Source: an uncultured Clostridium sp.
Lineage (GTDB): Bacteria; Bacillota_I; Bacilli_A; RF39; UBA660
Length of the DNA stretch: 64,000 nucleotides
Reading direction: 5' to 3'
Assembly (NCBI GenBank): GCA_964589375.1
Contig: CAZPSA010000001.1
Location: 1,410-65,409, forward strand
Positions 28,390-36,978 of this stretch are shown in pieces (within the stretch, counting starts at the first letter, position 1; every line of letters starts with the position of its first letter). The notes beneath the pieces were generated by a model, which saw nothing but the letters and a program-made list of their open reading frames with translations, was not told where the DNA came from and searched no databases. The translations under genes and the position numbers were made by a program.

Positions 28390-28566
28390 TATTTAATCCC
28401 TCCTTTGTAATCTTATTTAAAAAGATTATAAATTTTAAGATTTTAATATTAATGCGTATAATCTAAAACTATACTGCATATAATATTAGTTTATACACTA
28501 ATATTATAACATTAAGACAAGTAAAATATTTGTTATTTTTTATCGTTTAATTTATAATTTTTTCTT

Positions 28567-29034
28567 CTATTTATAATAATTATTAAAAATAATATCTTGT
28601 GGACTAAAAATAGATATATTTTTTTCAATAAACTTTCCTTTACAATGGTTATAATTTGCATAATCATAAAGATATGTATTTACTGCAATTTCACTAACAG
28701 GAAATAAACTTATAAGTTCTATTGGAATCATTACCTTAATTGTATTTTGTTCATAATTTATAATAATATCTTTATTATTTGAATCCTCTGAAATCTCCTC
28801 TAATAAATTATCTATTACTCCATCATCATCTGGAATTAATGTGTTCTTAGAAATAATTATATTACCTTTTTTTATATAAAGCGATATATTATATATATTC
28901 ATAAATTCAATATCAATTATTTCAATACAAATTATATTATTTCTAATAGTATCTTGTTCAAACATTATTATAAAATAATCCGTATTTAAGTCATAATTAA
29001 TTAAATAATTTACTATGTTTTGACATTTTTTCAT
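28567..29034 (-). CDS. Hypothetical 155-aa cytoplasmic protein, last gene of the RiPP cluster
   Basis: ORF track entry, 2 nt after the ABC gene. It has no TM segment or recognisable motif. Confidence 0.5.
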   Translation of the reverse strand: MKKCQNIVNYLINYDLNTDYFIIMFEQDTIRNNIICIEIIDIEFMNIYNISLYIKKGNIIISKNTLIPDDDGVIDNLLEEISEDSNNKDIIINYEQNTIKVMIPIELISLFPVSEIAVNTYLYDYANYNHCKGKFIEKNISIFSPQDIIFNNYYK

Positions 29035-29036
29035 AT

Positions 29037-30779
29037 TTAATCATACTCCTTTTTTTGTATATTAAATAATTTATAAAAATATCCTCTCTTAGAATATAAT
29101 TCATTAAAAGTTCCCATTTCAACAATTTCACCGTTGTTTAAGACAATAATTTTATCTGCTTTTTTTGTGAATCCAAGTCTATGAGATATTGCTATTATCG
29201 TTGAATCACTTTTTTCTTCATAAAAATTTTTATAGAACTCAATTTCATCTTTTGGATTCATTGAAGATGTTGGTTCATCTAAAATATAGATTTGCGATTT
29301 TTCATCAAGTAGAGACCTTGCAATTGATATTTTTTGCCATTCTCCCATAGACAAAGATTGTCCATTTTCATTAATATTACCTATCTCAGTATACAAACCA
29401 TTAGTAAGAGATTGGACTTTGCTACTAAGTTTAACACTATCAAGACTTTTCATTATTTTTTCATGACTATAATCATTTTTATACAAATTAATATTATCAA
29501 TTAATTTGCTTTGAATATAGAAAATATCTTGTGTTACTATATTAGTAACAGACCTTAAAAATTTTTGGTCATAAATTTCTTCATCACTTACAACTGTTAT
29601 TTTCCCAATAAAATTATCATAAATTCCACTTAAAACATTCGCTAAAGTAGTTTTCCCACTTCCATTTTCTCCAACAATTGCTATTTTTTCGCCTTTTTTA
29701 ATAATTAAATCAATATTCTTTAATACATAATTTTCCATATTCGGATATTTATAACTAATACCTTTTAATTCAATATAAGAAAATACATTTTTATTGTCTT
29801 CAAATATATCTTGTTGATATTCTAAGACTTCGTTTATTTTATTAATATACTCTTTGTTAACTCTGTAATCTGACATTGAAAAAGTAAATTCAATAATAGA
29901 AGATCTTAACCAGAAAATCAATGATAGTATTGTTCCGATATAGCCTAACTCTAATTTTTGATTTATTATATTATAAATAGTTGTTAAAATTATAATTGCG
30001 CTAATTATTCCATAAAAAATATCAGGTAAAATAATATATTTATATTGAAAATTTGTATTTTTTTTCCCTAATTTCACATATTCTTTTTCAGTTTTATCGA
30101 GTTTTTTTTCTATATACTTCAATGAATTATTAACAAATATATCTTGATACGCAAATAAATTCTTTGTTATAGTACTAATATAATTTTTTCTCTTTCTTAT
30201 TAAGTCAAACTCTTTATTATTGAAATTTATTTTATCACTTGCTTTATATGAAATATATCCATAACATATTAATATTGGAATCAGAGTGAATGCAAATATT
30301 ATATTAATTTTTGATAATAAAATAAAATAAATGATAAACTGAAAAAGACTTCTTAATATATCTACTGATTTATAAATTAAATTATCAGATACAGAACCTA
30401 TATTACTTTGTGCTAAATATAATTTATTTAAAGTATTATAATCTAAAAAGTAATTATAGTTTATGTTTTTTACATTGTCATTGAGTTTTTTTTCACAACA
30501 TATATTAATTTTACTACTATATTTTTTTTGTTTAATAGATAATAAATAGTTTAGAAAAGAATTTGCAATAATCAATGATATATATATTAATACTATTTTA
30601 ACATTAAAAATCATTTCTTCCTTATTATTTTCATTAATAGAATTTAATATATTAATGAATTTTTCATTTATTGATATATTATAAAAAGTAAATAATGAGA
30701 TTATAATTGTACAAATGAATAAAAATATATATTTGCGATGTTCTAGCGCTTTAAAACCAATTTTTTGTATTTTTTTCAT
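29037..30779 (-). CDS. ABC exporter, fused permease plus ATPase (half-transporter B)
   Basis: Six hydrophobic segments are followed by Walker A GENGSGKTT, signature LSMGEWQK and Walker B IYILDEPTS. The start was moved to the ATG at 30779, preceded by the SD GGAGG. Confidence 0.85.
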   Translation of the reverse strand: MKKIQKIGFKALEHRKYIFLFICTIIISLFTFYNISINEKFINILNSINENNKEEMIFNVKIVLIYISLIIANSFLNYLLSIKQKKYSSKINICCEKKLNDNVKNINYNYFLDYNTLNKLYLAQSNIGSVSDNLIYKSVDILRSLFQFIIYFILLSKINIIFAFTLIPILICYGYISYKASDKINFNNKEFDLIRKRKNYISTITKNLFAYQDIFVNNSLKYIEKKLDKTEKEYVKLGKKNTNFQYKYIILPDIFYGIISAIIILTTIYNIINQKLELGYIGTILSLIFWLRSSIIEFTFSMSDYRVNKEYINKINEVLEYQQDIFEDNKNVFSYIELKGISYKYPNMENYVLKNIDLIIKKGEKIAIVGENGSGKTTLANVLSGIYDNFIGKITVVSDEEIYDQKFLRSVTNIVTQDIFYIQSKLIDNINLYKNDYSHEKIMKSLDSVKLSSKVQSLTNGLYTEIGNINENGQSLSMGEWQKISIARSLLDEKSQIYILDEPTSSMNPKDEIEFYKNFYEEKSDSTIIAISHRLGFTKKADKIIVLNNGEIVEMGTFNELYSKRGYFYKLFNIQKKEYD

Positions 30780-30789
30780 ATAACCTCCA

Positions 30790-32607
30790 TTATATATCAT
30801 ATAACTCTTTTTGCATATTATATGTTTTATAATATTCACCTTTAAGCTTTAATAATTCTTCATGAGTTCCATTTTCTATGATTTTCCCTTCCTTCATCAT
30901 ATATATTTTATCTGCAATTTTTGCAAACGGAATTCTATGAGAAATAATTATAGTGGTACAATATGTTGATATAGTTTTAACAAAATCCAAAATTTCTTTT
31001 TCTTTTTCTGGATCTATTGAAGCTGTAGGTTCATCCAAAATAAAGATTTGCCTATTTGAAGCCATCGCTCTAGCCAAAATAATCTTTTGCCATTCACCTC
31101 CACTTAAATCAACTCCATCAGAAAAAAGATTCTTATCCATATTTGTATATAATCCATTGGGTAATTTTTCTATTATACTCTTGATCAAAAAATTTTCTTT
31201 CACTTCTTCAATTTTTTCGTTGTTATTAATATTCTTTACATCACTAATCAAAATATTTTCATATAATTTAAAAGAGTATTTATAATAATCTTGAAAAGCA
31301 CATCCATACATATGATTAATTTCAGTTTTATCCAATTTCTTTCCGTTTAAAAAAATTTCTCCACCATAATTCTTTAAAATTCCTAATATTATTTTTGATA
31401 AAGTAGTTTTACCACTTCCATTTTCTCCTAAAATACTTATAACTTCTCCTTTATGTATATCGATATTAATACCATCTAAGGCATTTACATCTCCATTAAT
31501 ATATTTGTAATTAATATTTCTTAACGATAAATGTTGAAATTCTATATTATCATTTACCTCTAATTTGTGATCATTATCATTTAAAAGTATATCATATTCA
31601 TCAACATATAAAGAACTTTTTACAGTCTTAGTAATAGTTTTTGAAAAATAAGTCAATGACGATAATGAAGATTTATAAATAGTAAATAAATATATAGCAA
31701 CTGACAAATTAATATGTTCGTTAATATTCATATAAACTATAAAAAACATGCCTAAATAAATTAAAATCATTCTAATAATATCTAATTTATATTTAGCTTT
31801 TTTTTCTTTAATTTTGTTTTTTAAGTACAAATCATTATATTCGTCAATAAGTTCACTACACTTTTCATATATTTCATCTTCAATATTTAGGGATTTTAAT
31901 TTAAAATTATTTTTATCGTTAAAAATCAAAGAATTATAATAATCTTTCTTCCTTTGTATAGGAATTATATTCTTTTCAAATTCAATAACTTTTTTATTAA
32001 TTTTCAAATCATATATTGTTCTAAAAACTAAATATAAAGCTGAAATAATGCCCAAAGTAATACTATATCTAAATACTAATATAACATATATTATTTTACT
32101 TGAAAACAACATTATGGTAGCATATAACAAACTTCTAAAAAATCTTACAATCTCATTTTTTTTGTTATAACAAAATTCTATTTTAGAATAATCTTTTTGA
32201 TTCAACATACTATCATATTTAATATTACTTATGTGATTATTCATCATTTTTTTAGTTAATTTCGATCCAAATAAACTAAAATAATAAATATCTAAATATT
32301 GAGTAAATAATGATATGATAGGTTGAAATATAAAACTAGAAAAACTGATTAGTATCGTTATAATGATAAGTTCCATACCTATGCTATAAGATATATTTAA
32401 TTGTTCAATTAATATTGTTTGTAAAATTGGAAATAAAAAACTAGTGGCTGTTAAAATAATGTACAAAACTATCCATAAAACACTCAGTAGAGGTGCATAT
32501 TTAAATGATAATACTATGATACTAAATATATTCTTTAATACTTTCTTTAATTTTTTCATAACATATTTATTAAGAAAATTCAATTTCCTCAAATCGTATT
32601 GATGCAT
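30790..32607 (-). CDS. ABC exporter, fused permease plus ATPase (half-transporter A)
   Basis: Motifs are GENGSGKTT, LSGGEWQK and IFILDEPTA. The true start may be the internal Met at 32559. There is no C39 peptidase domain. Confidence 0.85.
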   Translation of the reverse strand: MHQYDLRKLNFLNKYVMKKLKKVLKNIFSIIVLSFKYAPLLSVLWIVLYIILTATSFLFPILQTILIEQLNISYSIGMELIIITILISFSSFIFQPIISLFTQYLDIYYFSLFGSKLTKKMMNNHISNIKYDSMLNQKDYSKIEFCYNKKNEIVRFFRSLLYATIMLFSSKIIYVILVFRYSITLGIISALYLVFRTIYDLKINKKVIEFEKNIIPIQRKKDYYNSLIFNDKNNFKLKSLNIEDEIYEKCSELIDEYNDLYLKNKIKEKKAKYKLDIIRMILIYLGMFFIVYMNINEHINLSVAIYLFTIYKSSLSSLTYFSKTITKTVKSSLYVDEYDILLNDNDHKLEVNDNIEFQHLSLRNINYKYINGDVNALDGINIDIHKGEVISILGENGSGKTTLSKIILGILKNYGGEIFLNGKKLDKTEINHMYGCAFQDYYKYSFKLYENILISDVKNINNNEKIEEVKENFLIKSIIEKLPNGLYTNMDKNLFSDGVDLSGGEWQKIILARAMASNRQIFILDEPTASIDPEKEKEILDFVKTISTYCTTIIISHRIPFAKIADKIYMMKEGKIIENGTHEELLKLKGEYYKTYNMQKELYDI

Positions 32608-34051
32608 AAGGATTTTTATCTAATATCTCTAGTGTTTTCATCATTCTGTTATATACATATTTTTTCTCACTAATACAATCATGTTCATTTATATCTTTCC
32701 AACATTTTCTACATAATCTAACAGCCCAGCATTTATTACATTTTACATTTGATTTTTCAAATTTTCTTACAAAAGTAAATAATTTTTCATAGTTAAACCC
32801 ATTTTTAATATTTCCAAATGTAAGCATCTTTTTATTAAACAATATCTTTTCGCAAGGTGAGAAATCTCCATCAATGGTTACAAACAATCTTCGTTGACAA
32901 ATTGTGCAGCATCCTGTAGGCCAAAACTTATTATCATTTTTTAATTTTATTGGTGAATTTACAAAATATGGCGTTAAAACCTTATCTATTGTTTTAATTA
33001 TATCAGATTTTTCTAATTTTTTATTTGACATGTCTATTGATGAAATATAGTCATAATATTTTTTCAAAAATCCTTCAGAATATGTAATATCATCCACATT
33101 ATAAGTTATTTTGTTATTTTCTATTTCTTTCAATAAATTTTTTGCACAATTTTCATCATATCCTTTAACTATATCGGTAAAACTATGATAGTTATTAGGA
33201 AAAGTATCCTTAAAGAATTTTAAAACATGTTCTTGATATTTTAGCTTAGGAATGACAGAATTAAATTGTATTTTTTCATAGAATTCTGGATACTTATCTT
33301 TTATATTCCTTAAATTTTTCATTATAATATCATGAGTTGGTTTATTATTAACTAGAACTCTTCCAGCATCATGTATCCATTTCGGCCCATCTAAACTAAC
33401 TAAGATTGAAAATTTTTCTTTGACTAAAAATTCAAGTATGTCATCTTTCAATAGAATACCATTAGTTGTTAATCCATAATTAATATTCTTTTGAGGATAT
33501 TTTTCCCTTATATAATTTACGCATTTTTTTATTAGTTCAAATGCAAGTAATGGTTCACCACCATAAAATGATAATGTCACTTGATTATTATTTACTGATT
33601 GTTTCATAAAAAAATCAATACTATCCAATGCTATATCATCTTTCATCATTTTATTTTCGTATCGTGAATCCTTCAAATACATTTCAGAAAATACACAATA
33701 TTTACATCTTAAATTACATTGGCTAGTAACTTCTAATATCAAATGTTTCATATCATGTTGAATTACATCTTTTAAATTTTTATTATCATATTTATATTCT
33801 GGTTTACCAAAATTATAACCCACCAAAATTTTATAATTATTTTCAAGCATTAAATCAGCTAAAAATTTGTACCCTTTTAAATGTTTTTCAACAATTTCAT
33901 TTGGTATTTCTTGTCCTACTTCTATTTGACTTCTTGCTTCTACTATTAATTGATAACTATCCTTGGGAACTCTTATATATTCATGACTAAAAGTATCATA
34001 AATGAAATAATTATTATCAATTTTAAAAACTTCACATATTGGTAATCTCAT
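32570..34051 (-). CDS. Radical SAM / SPASM-domain peptide maturase
   Basis: The radical-SAM motif is EVTSQCNLRCKYCVF (CX3CX2C), followed by SFYGGEPLL. The C-terminal Cys-rich SPASM region is GCCTICQRR...SPCE...VKCNKCWAVRLCRKCW. It lies immediately downstream of the two precursor genes. Confidence 0.85.
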   Translation of the reverse strand: MRLPICEVFKIDNNYFIYDTFSHEYIRVPKDSYQLIVEARSQIEVGQEIPNEIVEKHLKGYKFLADLMLENNYKILVGYNFGKPEYKYDNKNLKDVIQHDMKHLILEVTSQCNLRCKYCVFSEMYLKDSRYENKMMKDDIALDSIDFFMKQSVNNNQVTLSFYGGEPLLAFELIKKCVNYIREKYPQKNINYGLTTNGILLKDDILEFLVKEKFSILVSLDGPKWIHDAGRVLVNNKPTHDIIMKNLRNIKDKYPEFYEKIQFNSVIPKLKYQEHVLKFFKDTFPNNYHSFTDIVKGYDENCAKNLLKEIENNKITYNVDDITYSEGFLKKYYDYISSIDMSNKKLEKSDIIKTIDKVLTPYFVNSPIKLKNDNKFWPTGCCTICQRRLFVTIDGDFSPCEKILFNKKMLTFGNIKNGFNYEKLFTFVRKFEKSNVKCNKCWAVRLCRKCWKDINEHDCISEKKYVYNRMMKTLEILDKNPYASIRFEEIEFS

Positions 34052-34095
34052 TGTTTCTCCTTTCTAGGTATACTCTAAAGCGGGAATAGTGTTAA

Positions 34096-34236
34096 TTATC
34101 TGCCGTAGTTTCCTTCATCACTTTTTTGTCCATCTTCGTATTGATCATCGTCATTTGTACCCGTACAAATACAACCACAAGCAAAGACATTTTTGTTAAT
34201 TTTTTTTATAATTCCGTATATTTTTTCGTTCTTCAT
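34096..34236 (-). CDS. RiPP precursor peptide A2 (46 aa)
   Basis: The SD GGAGAG is followed after 8 nt by ATG. The peptide is MKNEKIYGIIKKINKNVFACGCICTGTNDDDQYEDGQKSDEGNYGR. The track shows it only as the tail of a longer 76-aa ORF. Confidence 0.7.
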   Translation of the reverse strand: MKNEKIYGIIKKINKNVFACGCICTGTNDDDQYEDGQKSDEGNYGR

Positions 34237-34249
34237 AAAAGGCACTCTC

Positions 34250-34396
34250 CTATGCATAAGCTCCAGAAGATAAATAATTACTTCTTGTATCACTTGTTGG
34301 CTTCCCCTTTGAATAAGAGCATGCACATGTGCAACTACATCCCATCAATGAAACCACATTATTTTTATATTTTTTTACTATTCCATATACTTTCAT
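34250..34396 (-). CDS. RiPP precursor peptide A1 (48 aa)
   Basis: The SD AGGAG is followed after 9 nt by ATG. The peptide is MKVYGIVKKYKNNVVSLMGCSCTCACSYSKGKPTSDTRSNYLSSGAYA. It shares the YGI(V/I)KK..(K/N)NV leader and CxCxC core with A2, and is not in the ORF track. Confidence 0.7.
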   Translation of the reverse strand: MKVYGIVKKYKNNVVSLMGCSCTCACSYSKGKPTSDTRSNYLSSGAYA

Positions 34397-34446
34397 TTAT
34401 ATAATCTCCTAACTTTAGTTTTTCACTTTTCCCGCTTTTTAAGTAT

Positions 34447-36075
34447 CTAAGGTAGTATATATTTCAAATATTGAATATCATGAATAATAGGAATATTCAA
34501 TATTTTTGAATTATTTTGAATTTCCTTTTTTATAGTATTTCTTTCCTTTTGGGTATCTATAAATAATCTTCTATATTTATTTTCTCTAAGGTCATAAATA
34601 TCATATAAATTATTTGTAAGATAAATCGCACTAACGTTTTTACCTGTTATACAATTTATAAATCCAACAAAACATTGTAATTTTTCAGCATTATCATTTA
34701 AATTTGCAACAATAACTACACGATCTGCTTCTATCTCTAAAAAGTTCTTGATGTTATCTTTATAATCAGACGTATCTTTATTATTCCTTATTAGATTATT
34801 ATAATAAAATATAAATTCGCGATTAATTGCTTCATTAAATTCATCATTTTTATAATGTAAAAGTTCCATTCCTTTGTTTGTAGATACAATTACCTTATTA
34901 TCATTATGTTCATAAAATTCTTTTTCTACTTCGTATAAATCATTCATAAAGCCAGTATGAACAAACACTATTTTTTCTTGATTATTTTTAGAATAATCAT
35001 AACTCTTATTAAAATATAAAATACCCTTATTATCTATAACATTATTACATATTTTTGTTAATGTGAATTTATCTAATTTAAAATCACCAAATAAAAAGCA
35101 ATCCTTCTTTAGATTAATAAATTCCATTAATTGATTGTATATGTCAACATTTTTTTCAAATGATAAAATAATGATATTTTTATAATTTTTTATATTATCA
35201 ATTGAATAACAATCAATATCTGTTATTAGGCTGTTGATGCACACTTCCGAATTCATTTCATCCCCTATAACTATATTTGAAAGAAAAATTTTTGATACAT
35301 TATATTTAATGTTAATATTTGACTTTAAATAATTTTTTAATATATTATAAGTATATCTATCATGAATATATATACATGTTTCTTCTCTTAAAATAGTACC
35401 TACTTTATTAATTAAACCATAATTGTAATTCGATAACATGGCTATTATTTCATCATATTTTTTAGTCGTTTTAAGATTTTTCGCTATGATGGACCCCACA
35501 TATGCTGTTGCATAACTACTTCCCATTGTTGTAACTGTCTTTTCACCGATTTTAAAATACCATTTTCCATTTGCAATTATATTATCATTTTCAAAATCAT
35601 ACAAAATATTATTATTAAAACCAGGTCCTGATTTTACAGATATTACATTCTTAAATTTTGCGGGTAATAATGTATTTTCAAAATTTTGTGATGCTACGAT
35701 TATTATACCATTTAAACATGCTTTTTCACATATAATCTGTAATTTTTTAATTAATTCTCCATCTTCAATATTATTTTCTTTAAATCCACAGCTAATATTT
35801 AAAACATTAACTTTCTTCTCAATACACCATTCAATAGCAGCAATTAATTCTTCAATTGTACAAGTTAATTCATCGTGAAATACTTTAACACTATATAATT
35901 CTACGTTTTTATTGAAATTTTTATAAATATTTGCTACTAATGTCCCATGATTAATCAAATCAACATCATAATCATCTTCAAATCTATTTATTTTCTCTCC
36001 GTCATAAAAGATGGTTATACCATTAACTATATCTTTTATTCCACTATCAATAATTGCTACTTTTATGTTTTCCAT
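34447..36075 (-). CDS. Cytoplasmic S8 (subtilisin-like) serine peptidase with a ~350-aa C-terminal extension; a likely leader or follower peptidase
   Basis: The catalytic triad motifs are VAIIDSGI (Asp), NHGTLVANI (His) and MGSSYATAYV (Ser). There is no signal peptide. Confidence 0.75.
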   Translation of the reverse strand: MENIKVAIIDSGIKDIVNGITIFYDGEKINRFEDDYDVDLINHGTLVANIYKNFNKNVELYSVKVFHDELTCTIEELIAAIEWCIEKKVNVLNISCGFKENNIEDGELIKKLQIICEKACLNGIIIVASQNFENTLLPAKFKNVISVKSGPGFNNNILYDFENDNIIANGKWYFKIGEKTVTTMGSSYATAYVGSIIAKNLKTTKKYDEIIAMLSNYNYGLINKVGTILREETCIYIHDRYTYNILKNYLKSNINIKYNVSKIFLSNIVIGDEMNSEVCINSLITDIDCYSIDNIKNYKNIIILSFEKNVDIYNQLMEFINLKKDCFLFGDFKLDKFTLTKICNNVIDNKGILYFNKSYDYSKNNQEKIVFVHTGFMNDLYEVEKEFYEHNDNKVIVSTNKGMELLHYKNDEFNEAINREFIFYYNNLIRNNKDTSDYKDNIKNFLEIEADRVVIVANLNDNAEKLQCFVGFINCITGKNVSAIYLTNNLYDIYDLRENKYRRLFIDTQKERNTIKKEIQNNSKILNIPIIHDIQYLKYILP

Positions 36076-36084
36076 AACCTATCC

Positions 36085-36978
36085 TTATATTTCTTTTATT
36101 TTATTATTTAAATACTCAATATTTCCAGTTAAATCATCTGTACGAATAAAAGTATATTTATTTATTAAATAATCAAGTTCAATAGATTTTATAAAATCAG
36201 ATTTTTTTAAATCAAAATTATAAAGTAAATTATTTTTTATTTTTTTATAACTATTTATTTCTGGATTAAATGAGTTTTCTACACCTTTAGTACAAAAAAT
36301 AATTCCTTTTACAAGTCCCTTTTTACATATATTTTTTACATAATATCTTTCTTTTGTTAAAATCTCTTCATTATCAATATATTTGGGTTTTATCCCTCTT
36401 AATAAAGATTTTGTCTTTTCATTGGCATTGATTCCGCTAAATATACCCTCTACATAGATCGAATTATCTTTTTTATATATAATACACATGTCATCACTAA
36501 TTAAATTATAACCTTTATTTAAAATCATTCCTAAACTTATTGTGGACTTTCCAGCATGTTTCTCGCCAACAATTAGAAATGCTTCACCATTTTTTTCAAT
36601 TGCTGTTGCATGTAATATAATTAAATCTAATTTATTTTTATAATGTTCAGCTATTTTATTCATTACATATCTTCTATAACTATAATAACTATCATTATCA
36701 AGTGTAAGCATATAATTATCCTTATTATTTCTCAAAATAATATTATCACAACTAACATTATAGTCTAATATAATATTTTTTTTGAATACATCTATTTTAT
36801 TTTTATACATTATTTTTATATTCATTTTATCAATATTACTATTAGTATCGTGATATAATTCTTTTTTTAAAAAGTTATATATATTTAATGAATTTGTTTC
36901 AATTTTAAATTTGTCATCATCTATTATAAAGTAACATTTCTTCATTTTTAAATTCCTTATATTTATTATATTTTTCAT
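36085..36978 (-). CDS. HPr-kinase/phosphorylase-related kinase (HprK C-terminal-domain-like)
   Basis: LHATAIEKNGEAFLIVGEKHAGKSTISLGMILNKGYNLISDDMCII has the P-loop and following DD typical of HprK-related kinases seen in peptide-modification clusters. The start may be the internal Met at 36945. Confidence 0.65.
   Translation of the reverse strand: MKNIINIRNLKMKKCYFIIDDDKFKIETNSLNIYNFLKKELYHDTNSNIDKMNIKIMYKNKIDVFKKNIILDYNVSCDNIILRNNKDNYMLTLDNDSYYSYRRYVMNKIAEHYKNKLDLIILHATAIEKNGEAFLIVGEKHAGKSTISLGMILNKGYNLISDDMCIIYKKDNSIYVEGIFSGINANEKTKSLLRGIKPKYIDNEEILTKERYYVKNICKKGLVKGIIFCTKGVENSFNPEINSYKKIKNNLLYNFDLKKSDFIKSIELDYLINKYTFIRTDDLTGNIEYLNNKIKEI

Larger units (their letters stand above)
1..28400. 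mobile_element. Integrative conjugative element (ICE), right-hand ~28 kb; the left end lies outside the window and the right end is somewhere in 28400-28566
   Basis: One co-oriented block holds a serine recombinase, TnpV-like protein, VirB4, VirB6-like, pilin-like protein, VirD4 coupling protein, relaxase, ArdC, polyvalent methylase/helicase/primase and a sigma/HTH regulatory head. No att repeats can be defined because one end is missing. Confidence 0.75.
34077..34438. repeat. Perfect 10-bp GC-rich inverted repeat bracketing the two precursor genes
   Basis: AAAGCGGGAA at 34077-34086 and TTCCCGCTTT at 34429-34438. No local partners were seen for either arm. Confidence 0.6.

Noticed and set aside
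34096-34404. Track ORFs 34096..34326 (-, 76 aa) and 34126..34404 (+, 92 aa)
   Set aside because: The 76-aa version starts inside precursor A1 in another frame and has no SD. The SD-preceded internal Met gives the 46-aa A2 peptide. The plus-strand ORF is antisense to both precursors.
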